Part shown: one piece after another, positions 51,894-63,071 of the stretch
Layout of the letters: every line of letters begins with the position of its first letter
How positions within the stretch are numbered: the first letter of the stretch is position 1
Source of the DNA: Gammaproteobacteria bacterium
Lineage (GTDB): Bacteria; Pseudomonadota; Gammaproteobacteria; Ga0077536
Length of the DNA stretch: 64,000 bases
Assembly: GCA_023257255.1 (NCBI GenBank)
Contig: JALRCR010000002.1
Coordinates: forward strand, 5,000 to 68,999
Direction of reading: 5' to 3'
Position numbers and translations under genes: made by a program
The notes under the pieces: model-generated
What the model was told of the DNA's origin: nothing
The model's database searches: none
The model's input: only the letters and a program-made list of their open reading frames with translations

Positions 51894-52745
51894 ATGGCAA
51901 TCGGGCGCTTATGGTGGGTGAGGCGGGGCGGCGAGCCAAAAGGGCCGTTTCCAGCGGCCGTCATCGAAAAAAACATCGCGCAGGGTCGGATTCTGGCCGC
52001 CGACCAGCTGAGCGTTGACCGTCAATCTTGGGGACCGGCCAGCGCCTACCCGGACTTCGACGTCCTGGCTGCCAACGTGAACGGCGCGGCGCGCGAGCGC
52101 ACGCAGCCGGCCGCCAGACGACCTGCAGCAGGCGAAACGGTGGCGTCAGCCGATGTACTCGACGAGGCGGGGCTTACCGCTCGCATCGCGCGCTCGGAGC
52201 GGGTCTGGGCCAGCTTGCGGCCGGCCCGACCGCGTCAACGGCTGTTGCCTTACCTGCTTCTGGGCTTGCTGGTCATCGGTCTGTTTGTACTGGCCGTGAC
52301 TCGAAGCTTGCCGTCGTCGTCGGCGGCGCGTTGCGCCGAGGCTCCTCGCCCCGAGGTGAATTGGGAATATTGCGTGATGACAGGGCGCAACCTGCGCGGC
52401 GCGCAACTGGCCGGCGCAACGCTGCGCAACGCCCAATTGGCAGGCGCCGATCTGGGTGGTGCTGATTTGCGGGGCGCCGACTTGGCCTACGCCGACCTGA
52501 GCAATGCCTTGTTGCGCGATGCCCGGCTGGACGGCGCCCGGCTGGTGGGCGCTACCTTGAGCGCGGCCGTGTTGGAGGGGGCTAGTCTGGCGGGCGCGGA
52601 TCTGGGCTTCGCCGACCTGACCGGCGCCATCGTGAAGCGCAGCCTTTTTACCCGGACGCGCTTTGAACAAACCGTAATGCCATCGGGCCAACGCTGTTCA
52701 GCAGGCGGCACCAGCGACTGCGAGCGAACAGTCCGCAGCCCCTGA
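51894..52745 (+). CDS. GYF_2 (DUF4339)-TM-pentapeptide-repeat protein
   Basis: Start at ATG 51894. 'WWVRRGGEPKGPFPAAVIEKNIAQGRILAADQLSVDRQSWGPA', TM 'LLPYLLLGLLVIGLFVLAV', then at least 20 pentapeptide repeats ('NLRGAQLAGATLRNAQLAGADLGGADLRGADLAYADLSNA...'). Confidence 0.7.
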   Translation: MAIGRLWWVRRGGEPKGPFPAAVIEKNIAQGRILAADQLSVDRQSWGPASAYPDFDVLAANVNGAARERTQPAARRPAAGETVASADVLDEAGLTARIARSERVWASLRPARPRQRLLPYLLLGLLVIGLFVLAVTRSLPSSSAARCAEAPRPEVNWEYCVMTGRNLRGAQLAGATLRNAQLAGADLGGADLRGADLAYADLSNALLRDARLDGARLVGATLSAAVLEGASLAGADLGFADLTGAIVKRSLFTRTRFEQTVMPSGQRCSAGGTSDCERTVRSP

Positions 52746-52823
52746 TTGCGCCGGTGTGCAATCTGGCGCCTTAAATGGCTTGTGTTATCCCGCTCAGCCC
52801 ATTACGATTCGGCTCCTAACAGG

Positions 52824-52900
52824 TGCGGGGTGGAGCAGTCTGGCAGCTCGTCGGGCTCATAACCCGAAGGTCGCAGGTTCAAATCCTGCCCCCGCTACCA
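52824..52900 (+). tRNA. metY: initiator tRNA-fMet (anticodon CAT), metY-like position
   Basis: 77 nt, near-identical in pattern to E. coli tRNA-fMet as I recall it. Anticodon loop CTCATAA flanked by three G:C pairs (GGG/CCC). Encoded CCA. Position 1 (T) and position 72 (T) are unpaired. Lies upstream of rimP-nusA-infB. Confidence 0.9.
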
Positions 52901-52905
52901 CTCAG

Positions 52906-52938
52906 AAAAAAAAGGCCCCGGGACAACGGGGCTTTTTT
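52906..52938 (+). terminator. rho-independent terminator/attenuator after the tRNA
   Basis: A8 tract, stem GCCCCG (52915-52920) / CGGGGC (52927-52932), then T6 (52933-52938). Confidence 0.7.
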
Positions 52939-52947
52939 GTTTGTGCG

Positions 52948-53481
52948 ATGGAGAAAATGCTGGACGCCGACCACATCACGCAACGACTCGAACCCACGGT
53001 GACCGGGCTGGGTTTCGATCTCTGGGGAATCGAAAGAGGCCGAAGCGGGCAGAGCCAATTGCTACGGCTCTACATCGATCATCCCGAGGGGATTACCGTT
53101 GATGACTGCGAAGCAGTCAGCGCCCAGGTCGCCGACTTCATCGAAGTCCACGAACTGATCAAAGACAGCTACACGCTGGAAGTATCCTCCCCCGGGATGG
53201 ACCGACTGCTGTTTCGGCCCGCGCAATGGGCTGCCTATGTCGGCGAAGGCGTTCAGGTGAAGTTACGCAGCCCCGTCGCCGGCAAGCGACGGGTCACCGG
53301 CAAGCTGCTGTCGGTTGACGCTGAAACTGCATTAGTCGCGGAAGACACTGGCGATATCCGCCTCCCGTTCGCGGTCGTTGATCGGGCCCGGCTCGTGCCG
53401 GACTGGTCGCTGGTTGCAACACCTAAAAAGCCTGCCCGTGGCGCTAAGGGGCCGGCGAAAACCGATCGGAAAGAAAGATGA
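52948..53481 (+). CDS. rimP: ribosome maturation factor RimP
   Basis: Start at ATG 52948; the track ORF reads through the tRNA and terminator. '[16 protein letters not shown]', '[20 protein letters not shown]', '[14 protein letters not shown]'. Confidence 0.9.
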   Translation: MEKMLDADHITQRLEPTVTGLGFDLWGIERGRSGQSQLLRLYIDHPEGITVDDCEAVSAQVADFIEVHELIKDSYTLEVSSPGMDRLLFRPAQWAAYVGEGVQVKLRSPVAGKRRVTGKLLSVDAETALVAEDTGDIRLPFAVVDRARLVPDWSLVATPKKPARGAKGPAKTDRKER

Positions 53482-55031
53482 ACAAGGAAATCCTCACAGT
53501 CGTTGACGTGGTGTCCAACGAAAAAGGCGTGGCGAAGGAAGTCATCTTCGAAGCATTGGAAGCCGCGCTGGCCAGCGCCACCAAGAAACGCTTCACCGAA
53601 GACGTTGATGTGCGAGTCGCCATCGACCGACAGACCGGCGACTACCACGCGTTCCGTCGCTGGGAAATCATCGACCCGGAAGTGCGCACCGCTGAACTTG
53701 AACTGGTCAATCCTGGCGACCAGCCGGATCTGGAATTCCCCGAACGACAGATTTTCCTGCCAGACGCTGCGGCCAACCACCCACTGAAGCAGGTCGGTGA
53801 TTTCGTAGAGGAGCCGCTGGAGGCCGCCGAATTTGGCCGCATCGCGGCGCAGACGGCCAAGCAGGTCATCGTGCAGAAAGTGCGCGAAGCCGAGCGGGCG
53901 CAGGTAGTCGATGCCTTTAGTGCGCGGGTTGGCGAACTGGTCATGGGCGTCGTCAAGCGCATCGAGCGCGGCAATATTTTTCTTGATCTTGGCGGCAACG
54001 CCGAGGCCATCATCACCAAAGATCACGTCATCCCGCGCGAAGTGGTCCGCCCCGGTGACCGCGTGCGCGGTTATCTGTTCGATGTCCGTCCGGAGAAGCG
54101 TGGTCCGCAGCTCTTTGTCAGCCGCACCGCCCGCGAACTCTTGATTGAGCTTTTCAAGCTTGAAGTGCCAGAAATTGGCGAGGGCGTCATCCGGGTGCAT
54201 GGCGCGGCGCGCGATCCGGGACTGCGCGCCAAAATCGCCGTGCAAAGTCTGGACCAGCGCATCGACCCCGTTGGCGCTTGTGTCGGGATGCGTGGTTCGC
54301 GCGTGCAGGCGGTGTCAAATGAACTTGGCGGCGAGCGCGTGGACATCATCCTGTGGGATGAAAATCCCGCGCAGTTTGTGATCAACGCAATGTCGCCCGC
54401 CGACGTCGTGTCTATTCTGGTCGACGAAGATTCGCGCAGCATGGATGTCGCGGTCGCCGAAGAGCAGCTGTCGCAGGCCATTGGTCGTAATGGCCAGAAC
54501 GTGCGCCTTGCCAGTCAGCTGACCGGTTGGGAACTCAACGTGATGACCGAGTCCGATGCCGAGCAGAAGAGCGAGGCCGAGACCCTGCGTGCGCAGAAAA
54601 CCTTTATGGACCTGCTGGACGTGGACGAGGAGATTGCCGCGATTCTGGTGCAGGAAGGCTTTGCCTCTATCGAAGAAATTGCCTACGTACCCGAACACGA
54701 AATGATGGCGATTGAAGAGTTTGACGAAACCCTGGTCTCCGAGCTTCGGCAACGGGCCAAGGATCTGCTGCTGACGCAGGCGATTGCTTCCGAAGAGCAC
54801 GTCGGTGACAACGTTCCGGCAGACGACCTGCTGGCGATGGCAGGCATGGATACGGATCTGGCCTACGCGCTGGCTGCGAAGGGCGTCACCACGATGGACG
54901 ACCTCGCCGAGCTGTCGGTAGACGAATTGATGGAAATCGACGGCATGACGGAAGCGCGCGCCGGGGAACTTATCATGACGGCTCGCGCGCCGTGGTTTGC
55001 GGATGCGGACAATGCTTCCGCCGGGGGTTGA
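53478..55031 (+). CDS. nusA: transcription termination/antitermination factor NusA
   Basis: 517 aa. '[18 protein letters not shown]', an S1 domain, KH domains ('[26 protein letters not shown]', '[22 protein letters not shown]'), and C-terminal acidic repeats. Confidence 0.95.
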   Translation: MNKEILTVVDVVSNEKGVAKEVIFEALEAALASATKKRFTEDVDVRVAIDRQTGDYHAFRRWEIIDPEVRTAELELVNPGDQPDLEFPERQIFLPDAAANHPLKQVGDFVEEPLEAAEFGRIAAQTAKQVIVQKVREAERAQVVDAFSARVGELVMGVVKRIERGNIFLDLGGNAEAIITKDHVIPREVVRPGDRVRGYLFDVRPEKRGPQLFVSRTARELLIELFKLEVPEIGEGVIRVHGAARDPGLRAKIAVQSLDQRIDPVGACVGMRGSRVQAVSNELGGERVDIILWDENPAQFVINAMSPADVVSILVDEDSRSMDVAVAEEQLSQAIGRNGQNVRLASQLTGWELNVMTESDAEQKSEAETLRAQKTFMDLLDVDEEIAAILVQEGFASIEEIAYVPEHEMMAIEEFDETLVSELRQRAKDLLLTQAIASEEHVGDNVPADDLLAMAGMDTDLAYALAAKGVTTMDDLAELSVDELMEIDGMTEARAGELIMTARAPWFADADNASAGG

Positions 55032-55033
55032 TC

Positions 55034-57568
55034 ATGGCTGAAATTACCGTTCGCGAGTTTGCGACCGTCCTGAAGGTGCCGGTGGAGCGCCTGATCGCGC
55101 AACTCGCCGACGCCGGCTTGGTGGGCAAGCAGGCCGAAGCAATTATTAATGAGCAGGAAAAGAGCCAGCTGCTGGCGCACCTGCGCCGACTGCACGGCAA
55201 GGACTCCGCCGCGCCCGAGGTCACCAAAATTACGCTGAGCCGGAAGACGGTCAGCGAAATCAAGATTCCGGCAGACAAAGGCAAAACCCGCTCGCGGCTG
55301 GTCAAGCCCGGCGTGGCTGCCAAGACGGTTGCGGTCGAGTTCCGTCGCACCAGAACTTACGTCAAACGCAGCGCGATTGACGACGACGAAGCGGCGAAGG
55401 CGGAACAGACCGGTGCGGAGACAGCCGACCAGTTCGTCGAAGCGATCGAGGAACTGGTGACGGAAGTCCCGGTGGAAGTGGTGGATGCCGCGCCCGAGGT
55501 GGAAGCGGTTGAACCTGAGCCGGCGGTCGTCGAACCCGAGCCCGCGACGGTGGCGGTCGTGCCGGAACCCGTTGTGGCGCCAGCACCGGTGGTCGTAACC
55601 CCGGCCCCTGCGCCGGCGCCGGCCCGTCCGCGCCCCGAAACGCCGCCGCGCCACGGCGAGCGCCGTGACGGTGGTGACGATAAGTCGCGCTTTGGCCGCA
55701 AAGAACTTCATGTGGCGACTGATAAGTCCGGGCGTCGCAAGAAAAAGCCACAACCGATGCGGCGAGTGGTGGCTCCGGTCGGCGGCAAGCACGCCTTCGA
55801 ACGGCCAACCGCGCCGGTGGTCCGCGAGGTGCCGATTCCGGAGAGCCTGACGGTTGCCGAACTCGCGCAGGCGATGTCGGTCAAGGCGGCTGAAGTCATC
55901 AAGGCCATGATGAACTTGGGCAGCATGGTCACGATCAACCAGATGATTGATCAGGAAACGGCGGCCGTGGTGGTCGAGGAAATGGGCCACAAGGCGAAGC
56001 TTCTGCGCGAAAACGCGTTGGAAGAAGAACTCCTCGAAAGTGCGGCCGGTGGCGTCCTCCTCAGCAGGGCCCCGGTGGTGACGATCATGGGTCACGTGGA
56101 CCACGGCAAAACCTCGTTGCTCGATTACATTCGCCAGTCGCAGGTGGCGGCCGGTGAGGCGGGAGGCATTACCCAGCATATTGGCGCCTACCATGTCGAA
56201 ACGCCGCGCGGCATGATCACATTTCTCGACACGCCCGGACACGAAGCTTTTACCGCGATGCGTGCCCGCGGTGCAAAAGTGACCGACATCGTGATTCTGG
56301 TAGTGGCGGCCGATGACGGCGTCATGCCACAGACTGCGGAAGCGGTGAAACACGCCAAGGCGGCGGGCGTGCCGCTGATCGTCGCCGTCAACAAGATCGA
56401 CAAGCCGGGCGCCGATCCGGATCGCGTCCGCCAGGAACTGTCGGTCATCGGGGTGCTGTCCGAAGCCTGGGGCGGTGACACGCTCTTCGTGCCGGTATCG
56501 GCCAAGACCGGGCAGGGCGTCGAAACCCTGCTCGAATCGATCGCCATTCAGGCTGAAGTGCTGGAACTGAAAGCACCGGACGTGGGCCCCGCGAAGGGGG
56601 TGGTGATTGAGTCGCGTCTCGACAAGGGCCGCGGCCCCGTGGCGACCGTGCTAGTCCAACGCGGTTTGCTCAAGCGCGGTGACGTGTTGCTGACGGGAAC
56701 CGAGTTCGGTCGCGTCCGCGCCATGATGGATGCGAGCGGCAAGGTCATCGACTCCGCCGGTCCGTCAATCCCCGTTGAGGTGCTGGGTCTGTCCGGCACG
56801 CCGAACGCGGGCGACGATGCGATGGTCGTCGAAGACGAACGCAAGGCGCGTGAAATCGCCATCTTCCGTCAAGAGAAGGAACGCGATGCAAAGCTGGCGC
56901 GCCAGCAGGCGTCGAAGCTGGAGAACGCGTTCCAACAGATGAAGGAAGGCGAGACCACCACCCTGCGCATTCTGGTCAAGGCCGATGTGCAAGGTTCGGC
57001 CGAGGCCCTGTACGAGTCTCTGACGCGCCTGAGCACCGAGAATGTCCGGGTGGAAATGGTGGCGAGCGGCGTAGGCGGGATCAACGAATCAGACGTCAAT
57101 TTGGCGCTAGCGTCCAAAGCCTATCTCATCGGGTTTAACGTGCGGGCGGACTCGGCAGCGCGTCGTCTGGTCGACGAGGCCGGGATCGAACTGCGCTACT
57201 ACAGCATTATTTACGACGTCATTGATGACATCAGAGCCGCTGTGCAGGGCCTGCTGTCGCCGGAAATCCGCGAAACCATCGTGGGCGTGGCGGCGGTACG
57301 AGAAGTCTTCCACTCCTCCAAGCTTGGCGCAGTGGCCGGCTGTCTGGTCATGACCGGCACCGTGAAGCGCAACAACCCGATTCGCGTGCTCCGCAACAAC
57401 GTGGTGATTTACGAGGGCGAACTCGAGTCGCTGCGTCGCTTCAAGGACGACGTCAACGAGGTACGTTCCGGCACCGAATGCGGTATCGGCGTGAAGAACT
57501 ACAACGATGTGAAGCCTGGCGACCAGATCGAGGTTTACGAGCGCACCGTAGTGGCCCGCACGGCTTGA
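55034..57568 (+). CDS. infB: translation initiation factor IF-2
   Basis: Start at ATG 55034. '[10 protein letters not shown]', G-domain '[17 protein letters not shown]', 'DTPGHEAF', 'NKIDK'. Confidence 0.95.
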   Translation: MAEITVREFATVLKVPVERLIAQLADAGLVGKQAEAIINEQEKSQLLAHLRRLHGKDSAAPEVTKITLSRKTVSEIKIPADKGKTRSRLVKPGVAAKTVAVEFRRTRTYVKRSAIDDDEAAKAEQTGAETADQFVEAIEELVTEVPVEVVDAAPEVEAVEPEPAVVEPEPATVAVVPEPVVAPAPVVVTPAPAPAPARPRPETPPRHGERRDGGDDKSRFGRKELHVATDKSGRRKKKPQPMRRVVAPVGGKHAFERPTAPVVREVPIPESLTVAELAQAMSVKAAEVIKAMMNLGSMVTINQMIDQETAAVVVEEMGHKAKLLRENALEEELLESAAGGVLLSRAPVVTIMGHVDHGKTSLLDYIRQSQVAAGEAGGITQHIGAYHVETPRGMITFLDTPGHEAFTAMRARGAKVTDIVILVVAADDGVMPQTAEAVKHAKAAGVPLIVAVNKIDKPGADPDRVRQELSVIGVLSEAWGGDTLFVPVSAKTGQGVETLLESIAIQAEVLELKAPDVGPAKGVVIESRLDKGRGPVATVLVQRGLLKRGDVLLTGTEFGRVRAMMDASGKVIDSAGPSIPVEVLGLSGTPNAGDDAMVVEDERKAREIAIFRQEKERDAKLARQQASKLENAFQQMKEGETTTLRILVKADVQGSAEALYESLTRLSTENVRVEMVASGVGGINESDVNLALASKAYLIGFNVRADSAARRLVDEAGIELRYYSIIYDVIDDIRAAVQGLLSPEIRETIVGVAAVREVFHSSKLGAVAGCLVMTGTVKRNNPIRVLRNNVVIYEGELESLRRFKDDVNEVRSGTECGIGVKNYNDVKPGDQIEVYERTVVARTA

Positions 57569-57592
57569 ACACACGGCAGCAGGGAGTTCTGA

Positions 57593-57940
57593 ATGCCGCG
57601 TGAGTTTCCTCGTCATGTGCGGGTCGCTGAAAACATCCGTCGCGTGCTGGCCGAACCCGTGATGCGGGCCGGCCGGGATGCGGGGGTGGGCATGTTGACT
57701 ATCACGCACGTCGACCTCGCGCCGGACCTCACGCAGGCCAAAGTGGCGGTTAGCGCCCTTTCTGCTGCAGATACGTCGGGCCTGATGGAACTGCTGCGCG
57801 AGTTGCGACCGGCCATGAGGCAGGTGGTGTCGCGTGAACTCCGGCTAAAAAAAAGCCCTTCGATCTTTTTTGTGCTGGACGATTCCATCGCCAAAGCAGC
57901 GCGCATTGGCGACTTGCTGCTGAATCGGCAAGCGGAGTAA
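57593..57940 (+). CDS. rbfA: ribosome-binding factor A
   Basis: 115 aa. 'RVAENIRRVLAE', 'LTITHVDLAPDLTQAKV', 'LRLKKSPSIFFVLD'. Confidence 0.9.
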   Translation: MPREFPRHVRVAENIRRVLAEPVMRAGRDAGVGMLTITHVDLAPDLTQAKVAVSALSAADTSGLMELLRELRPAMRQVVSRELRLKKSPSIFFVLDDSIAKAARIGDLLLNRQAE

Positions 57941-57949
57941 GCCTTCAGC

Positions 57950-58936
57950 GTGGTGGCACGGCCGCTGAAGCCGAAGATCCCGCGGCGCCCGCTCACCGGT
58001 ATCCTGTTGCTCGATAAACCTGCCGGTCTCAGTTCCAATGCCGCCCTCCAGCGAGTGCGCTTTGTGTATGGCGCAGACAAGGGCGGTCACACCGGCAATC
58101 TCGATGTCGCGGCAACGGGCCTGCTGCCGATCTGCCTTGGCGAGGCCACCAAGGTCAGCGCCTGGCTGCTTGATTCTGACAAGCGATATCTTGCCGATGT
58201 GCGTCTGGGCGTTACCACCAGCACGGGTGACGCGGAAGGCGAAGTCCTCCGCAGTGCTGATGTGACCGCGGAGATGCGCACCCGTCTCCCGGAAGTGTTG
58301 GCCTCATTGCGCGGCGAACAGTCGCAGGTGCCGCCCATGTATTCCGCGCTAAAGCGCGATGGACGCCCGCTGTACGAGCTGGCGAGGGCGGGCGTTGAAG
58401 TTGAGCGAGCGGCGCGGCAAATCACGATCCACGCCCTGGAGATGCTGGCGCTGGACGGGAACGAACTGAAAATCGATGTGTCGTGTAGCAAGGGCACCTA
58501 TATTCGTGTGCTGGCTGAAAGCATCGGCGATTTGCTGGGTTGCGGGGCTTCCTTAAGTGGATTGCGGCGCACGCGGGCGGGCCCTTTCAGTCTGGCGGAC
58601 GCAGTGCCGCTCGCGCATTTTGGCGAGGTCCAGTGGCCCGGTACCGCGTTTGACAGCCTGCTCTTACCGGCGGATGCCGCCTTGCACGGGATGCAGGCGA
58701 TTGTCTTGCCGGCTACGCTAGACGCAGAACTCAAGCAGGGGCGGGCAGTGCCCTTGACCGGCCATCATCCCAGCGCGCCCGTCCGAATCTACCGGGCGGA
58801 CGGCGAATTTGCAGGGCTGGGCGAGGTGACCTTGGAGCGCAAACTGCAGCCTCGGCGCTTGCTCATGCCTGTGCGAAACGCTGTAACGGCTGAATGGCCC
58901 GTAAAAAGCGTTGTTCACGCCGAGAGTGGCGGTTAG
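57950..58936 (+). CDS. truB: tRNA pseudouridine(55) synthase
   Basis: 328 aa, GTG start. '[14 protein letters not shown]', '[25 protein letters not shown]', '[21 protein letters not shown]'. Confidence 0.9.
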   Translation: MVARPLKPKIPRRPLTGILLLDKPAGLSSNAALQRVRFVYGADKGGHTGNLDVAATGLLPICLGEATKVSAWLLDSDKRYLADVRLGVTTSTGDAEGEVLRSADVTAEMRTRLPEVLASLRGEQSQVPPMYSALKRDGRPLYELARAGVEVERAARQITIHALEMLALDGNELKIDVSCSKGTYIRVLAESIGDLLGCGASLSGLRRTRAGPFSLADAVPLAHFGEVQWPGTAFDSLLLPADAALHGMQAIVLPATLDAELKQGRAVPLTGHHPSAPVRIYRADGEFAGLGEVTLERKLQPRRLLMPVRNAVTAEWPVKSVVHAESGG

Positions 58937-58939
58937 AAT
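58911..58939 (+). promoter_or_regulatory. putative rpsO promoter inside the truB 3' end
   Basis: TTGTTC (58911-58916), 17 nt, then TAGAAT (58934-58939, overlapping the truB stop). E. coli also has a dedicated rpsO promoter here. Confidence 0.45.
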
Positions 58940-58995
58940 GCCCGGCCTTACCGATCCGGTTTAAAGATTTAAAGAGACATCAGGAGTTCTCAGTA

Positions 58996-59265
58996 ATGGC
59001 GTTGACGAGCGAGCAAAAACAGCAAATCGTGACGGGCCACCGTCGGGGTGGCAACGATACCGGTAGCCCGGAAGTGCAGGTGGCGCTGCTGTCCGCCCGT
59101 ATTGAAGAACTCTCCAAACACTTCAAGACCCACGCGCACGACAACCACTCCCGTCAGGGCTTGCTGCGAATGGTCAATCGCCGCCGCAAATTGCTCGACT
59201 ATCTCCGTAGTTGCGATACCGAACGCTATCGCGACCTTATTGCGCGGCTCGGATTGCGCAAGTAA
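58996..59265 (+). CDS. rpsO: 30S ribosomal protein S15
   Basis: Start at ATG 58996 (CAGGAG upstream). 89 aa. '[48 protein letters not shown]'. Confidence 0.95.
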   Translation: MALTSEQKQQIVTGHRRGGNDTGSPEVQVALLSARIEELSKHFKTHAHDNHSRQGLLRMVNRRRKLLDYLRSCDTERYRDLIARLGLRK

Positions 59266-59276
59266 GACCCCCCGCC

Positions 59277-59298
59277 GGCGCGGCCACACGCGCCTTTT
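59277..59298 (+). terminator. rpsO terminator/attenuator hairpin
   Basis: GGCGCG (59277-59282), loop GCCACA, CGCGCC (59289-59294), then TTTT. Confidence 0.55.
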
Positions 59299-59337
59299 GC
59301 GCAGTGGCCGTCGCTTCGTTTCCCCACCCACATTTCA

Positions 59338-61437
59338 ATGAATGGGTTACCGATGACGCCAACCACTGTCACGTTTAATTACGGCGAGCAACAAGTCACG
59401 CTCGAAACCGGCCGCCTTGCCAAGCAGGCGACGGGCTCCGTCCTCACCACCATGGGCCAGACTGTGGTGTTGACCACCGTGGTCTGTAACAAGGATGCGG
59501 GCGCCGCCCGCGACTTCTTTCCCCTGACGGTCGACTATCAGGAACGCACCTACGCGGCGGGTAAAATCCCCGGCGGGTTTTTCAAGCGGGAAGGACGTCC
59601 TTCCGAAAAGGAAACCCTGACGTCCCGCCTGATCGATCGCCCCATCCGTCCGCTCTTTCCCGAAGGGTTCACCAACGAAGTGCAGATTATCTGCACGGTG
59701 CTCTCACTGGACCCAACGGTTGATCCAGACATCGCGTCGCTGATCGGCGCGTCTGCCGCGCTGTCGATTTCGGGACTGCCCTTTCAGGGACCGATCGGCG
59801 CCGCACGCGTTGGTTATCGCGACGGCCAGTACCTGCTGAACCCGAGCTTCGGCGCCCTGGCCGATTCCAAACTCGATCTGGTCGTGGCAGGCACCGAATC
59901 CTCAGTGTTGATGGTGGAATCCGAAGCCGCGCAATTGTCGGAAGAGGTCATGCTGGGTGCGGTCGTGTTTGGTCACGACCAGTCGCAGGCCGTGATTCGG
60001 GCCATCAAGGAACTGCAAGCCAAAGTGCAGGCACCCACGTCCAACTGGACACCGCCGCCGGCCCCGACTGCGCTCATCGACGCGGTCGAGTCCCGCTTCG
60101 GCGCCGCATTCGCGGAAGCCTATGCCATCGTCGACAAAATGGCGCGCCGTGACCGCCTGTCGCAACTGCGGGGCGAAGTGGTCGCCGCATTTGCCGCCGG
60201 TGAATCGCCGGCTTGGACGGCCGCACAGGTGTCTGGCGTGGTCGCCAATCTTGAATACGATACGGTTCGCCGGGCGGCCATTGCCGGCAAGCCGCGTATC
60301 GACGGTCGGGGCAAGGCCGACATTCGTCCGATATATGTCGAAGTCGGGATGCTCCAGAGAACCCACGGTTCGGCCCTGTTCACGCGTGGCGAGACTCAGG
60401 CGCTGGTGGTTGCCGCGCTTGGCACCGAACGCGATTCGCAGATGATCGATGCCCTCGAAGGCCAGCGCCGCGAACCGTTCATGCTGCACTACAACTTCCC
60501 CCCGTTCAGCGTGGGCGAAGTGGGTCGGGTGGGTTCGCCGAAGCGCCGGGAAATCGGACACGGTCGTTTGGCCAAGCGCGGCATTCAGGGCGTGATGCCG
60601 GACATGAGCAAGTTCCCCTACGCGGTGCGCGTGGTTTCGGAAATCCTTGAATCGAACGGCTCCAGTTCCATGGCTTCGGTCTGTGGCACCAGCCTTGCGC
60701 TGATGGATGCTGGCGTGCCGCTAACCGCGCCGGTCGCCGGTATTGCCATGGGTCTGATCAAGGAAGGTGACAGCTACACCGTGCTGTCCGACATCCTGGG
60801 CGACGAAGACCACCTCGGCGACATGGATTTCAAGGTGGCTGGCACGCGCGACGGCGTGACCGCCTTGCAGATGGACATCAAGATCAACGGCATCACCAAG
60901 GAAATCATGGAAACCGCCTTGCATCAGGCCCGCGATGGCCGGTTGCATATTCTGGAATGCATGAACAAGGTGTTGAGCTCGCCGCGCACCGAGATGTCGG
61001 TCTATGCGCCGCGCATCATCACCATCAAGATCGACCCGGACAAAATCCGCGACGTTATTGGTAAGGGCGGCAGCACGATTCGGCAGATCACCGAAGAAAC
61101 CGGCACCACCATCGACATCACCGACGACGGTACCGTCAAGATCGCGTCGGTCGACTTCGCCGCCGGTCAGGAAGCCAAGCGCCGCGTGGAAGCCATCACC
61201 ACTGACGTGCTGGTTGGCGCAGTGTATGAAGGACGCGTGCAGAAGCTGATGGATTTCGGTGCTTTTGTGAACATCTTGCCGGGCAAGGACGGGCTGGTTC
61301 ACATCTCGCAGATTTCCCACGAGCGCGTGGAGAACGTCAGCGACAAGTTGACCGAAGGCGATACCGTAAAGGTCAGGGTGCTTGAAATCGACAAGCAGGG
61401 CCGCATCCGCCTCAGCATGAAGGCGGTCGAAGAGTAA
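59338..61437 (+). CDS. pnp: polyribonucleotide nucleotidyltransferase (PNPase)
   Basis: 699 aa; ATG 59353 is an equally plausible start. '[16 protein letters not shown]', two RNase PH domains, KH '[20 protein letters not shown]', and S1 '[29 protein letters not shown]'. Confidence 0.95.
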   Translation: MNGLPMTPTTVTFNYGEQQVTLETGRLAKQATGSVLTTMGQTVVLTTVVCNKDAGAARDFFPLTVDYQERTYAAGKIPGGFFKREGRPSEKETLTSRLIDRPIRPLFPEGFTNEVQIICTVLSLDPTVDPDIASLIGASAALSISGLPFQGPIGAARVGYRDGQYLLNPSFGALADSKLDLVVAGTESSVLMVESEAAQLSEEVMLGAVVFGHDQSQAVIRAIKELQAKVQAPTSNWTPPPAPTALIDAVESRFGAAFAEAYAIVDKMARRDRLSQLRGEVVAAFAAGESPAWTAAQVSGVVANLEYDTVRRAAIAGKPRIDGRGKADIRPIYVEVGMLQRTHGSALFTRGETQALVVAALGTERDSQMIDALEGQRREPFMLHYNFPPFSVGEVGRVGSPKRREIGHGRLAKRGIQGVMPDMSKFPYAVRVVSEILESNGSSSMASVCGTSLALMDAGVPLTAPVAGIAMGLIKEGDSYTVLSDILGDEDHLGDMDFKVAGTRDGVTALQMDIKINGITKEIMETALHQARDGRLHILECMNKVLSSPRTEMSVYAPRIITIKIDPDKIRDVIGKGGSTIRQITEETGTTIDITDDGTVKIASVDFAAGQEAKRRVEAITTDVLVGAVYEGRVQKLMDFGAFVNILPGKDGLVHISQISHERVENVSDKLTEGDTVKVRVLEIDKQGRIRLSMKAVEE

Positions 61438-61448
61438 GCAAGGACAGG

Positions 61449-61473
61449 TTCAGGGCCAATTGATGGCCCTGAA
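61449..61473. terminator. bidirectional terminator-like hairpin between convergent pnp and the 5-FCL gene
   Basis: TTCAGGGCC (61449-61457), loop AATTGAT, GGCCCTGAA (61465-61473). Confidence 0.5.
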
Positions 61474-61485
61474 TCGCGTCACTCG

Positions 61486-62115
61486 CTAGCCCGCAGGCAC
61501 CTCGCTCGACGGCTTCGTCGAGCGAGCGTAGGTCTCCGTAATCCCGTCCTCCGTTACCAGCAAATCAAGCCGCTCATCGTGTGCTTCGCTGGGCAGCGCC
61601 GTCAGCACCTGCGCAGCGTAGGCGAATCCGATGCGACAGGCTGATGGATGTGCTGCCAGCCAGCGGTCATAAAACCCCTTTCCATAGCCCAGGCGCTCGC
61701 CGTTTGCAGTGAAGCCGATGCCGGGGACCACCACGGCGTCTATCTCCCCCCTATAAGCTTGCGGCGCTTGCGGGCGACGGATGCCGAATGGCCCGTTGAT
61801 GAGTCCAGTCCACCCGGGAAAATGAACGGCTTCCATCTGTCCGGGCCCCGTGATCATGGGCACGAAGAGGGACACGGTGGCCATACTTCGTCTGATGAAC
61901 GCATCGGTGTTGGCTTCGTCGGCGTTCGCGAGATAGACCAGCAGGCGCGTGTAGCCTCGCTGAAGGACGAGGTTCCAAAGCTGCTGCTGAAGGATTGAAT
62001 CGGCCAGATGGCGTTGCTCCGCGCTGCGCCAGAGGTGTTGGCGTTGCAGCTTCAGGCGCTCGCGCAGATGCAGTTTGCTGCCGACTTCGTTGCTAATGGT
62101 CTTTGTACTGTTCAT
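61486..62115 (-). CDS. 5-formyltetrahydrofolate cyclo-ligase family protein
   Basis: 209 aa. '[29 protein letters not shown]'. GC content is visibly lower than in the neighbouring genes. Confidence 0.75.
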   Translation of the reverse strand: MNSTKTISNEVGSKLHLRERLKLQRQHLWRSAEQRHLADSILQQQLWNLVLQRGYTRLLVYLANADEANTDAFIRRSMATVSLFVPMITGPGQMEAVHFPGWTGLINGPFGIRRPQAPQAYRGEIDAVVVPGIGFTANGERLGYGKGFYDRWLAAHPSACRIGFAYAAQVLTALPSEAHDERLDLLVTEDGITETYARSTKPSSEVPAG

Positions 62116-62142
62116 CGATAGGTCCCAAGCCCATCATGTTGC

Positions 62143-62172
62143 TTCAATTTACGTCGCCTCATGGCATAGAAT
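62143..62172 (+). promoter_or_regulatory. weak candidate rpsP operon promoter
   Basis: TTCAAT (62143-62148), 18 nt, then TAGAAT (62167-62172). The -35 element is poor. Confidence 0.3.
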
Positions 62173-62234
62173 GCGCCCCTCGCGAAGCGGAACGCGTTCG
62201 CGCTTTCGACAATCCTCAAAAGGTATCCGACTTA

Positions 62235-62480
62235 ATGGTTACGATTCGACTCTCCCGCGGCGGCGCCAAGGCTCGCCCGTTCTATCACATCGTGGTCACC
62301 AATAGCCGCAACAAGCGTGATGGACGTTTCATTGAACGTCTGGGTTTCTTCAACCCCATCGCGGTCAAGGCAGAGGAACCTCTGCGTATTAATCTCGATC
62401 GCTATCAGCACTGGCTTGCGGTCGGTGCCCAGCCCTCTGATCGCGTCGCCGCGCTGGTGAAGCAAGCGAGCGCAGCCTGA
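62235..62480 (+). CDS. rpsP: 30S ribosomal protein S16
   Basis: Start at ATG 62235. '[41 protein letters not shown]'. Confidence 0.95.
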   Translation: MVTIRLSRGGAKARPFYHIVVTNSRNKRDGRFIERLGFFNPIAVKAEEPLRINLDRYQHWLAVGAQPSDRVAALVKQASAA

Positions 62481-62530
62481 ACCTGGACGTTAGTCGTACT
62501 GCGTCGCCCGGGCCGGCTTAGGCCCGGCGC

Positions 62531-63070
62531 GTGGTGGGCAGTGGGCCCGTGGCATCAGACGCTAACGTCAGTGACGCACCGATCCCGGTGGGTCAGGTCC
62601 ATGGGGTGTTTGGCATTCGCGGCTGGATCAAGCTGCGTTCGTTCACGCGCCCCACAGACGGCATTTTTAGCTACCGGCGCTGGTGTTTCGGGCAGGACCT
62701 CCCGCTTAGGGAATATCACGTCAGCAGTTTCCGCGCGGACGGCGAAAATTTTCTCGTCAAACTGCGCGGGGTCAATTCTCGTGAAGAGGCCGAAAGTCTG
62801 GTCGGGCTTCAGGTCTCGGTTCCGCCGACCGCCTTGCCGCCGCTGACTGACGGTCACTACTACTGGCGCGATCTGGTTGGCTTGTCGGTGCTTAATCAGG
62901 ACGGGCTGGCGCTAGGCCGTGTGTCCGGTTTGCTGGAAACCGGCGCCAACGATGTGCTGGTGGTAGAAGGCGAGAGACAGCGTCTGATTCCATTCGTGCC
63001 AGAGCGCTATGTGTTGCGGGTGGATTTGACCGGTGGCCAGATTGTCGTGGACTGGCACGCGGACGACTGA
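62531..63070 (+). CDS. rimM: ribosome maturation factor RimM
   Basis: 179 aa, GTG start. 'VGQVHGVFGIRGWIKLRSFT', 'YYWRDLVGLSVLNQDG', 'GANDVLVVEGERQRLIPF'. Confidence 0.9.
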   Translation: MVGSGPVASDANVSDAPIPVGQVHGVFGIRGWIKLRSFTRPTDGIFSYRRWCFGQDLPLREYHVSSFRADGENFLVKLRGVNSREEAESLVGLQVSVPPTALPPLTDGHYYWRDLVGLSVLNQDGLALGRVSGLLETGANDVLVVEGERQRLIPFVPERYVLRVDLTGGQIVVDWHADD

Positions 63071-63071
63071 G

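Noticed and set aside
52824-52900. The tRNA as an integration hotspot or genomic-island boundary
   Set aside because: There is no integrase, no direct repeat of the tRNA 3' end, and both flanks are conserved core synteny.
52756-52947. Track ORF extending rimP upstream (241 aa)
   Set aside because: The extension reads straight through the tRNA-fMet gene and its terminator. The real start is ATG 52948.
54863-56353. 496-aa ORF on the minus strand
   Set aside because: It is antisense to nusA and infB, two universally conserved genes.
57846-57872. A8 ... T6 stretch resembling a terminator inside rbfA
   Set aside because: There is no stem between the runs. It simply encodes 'LKKSPSIFF' of the conserved RbfA C-terminus.
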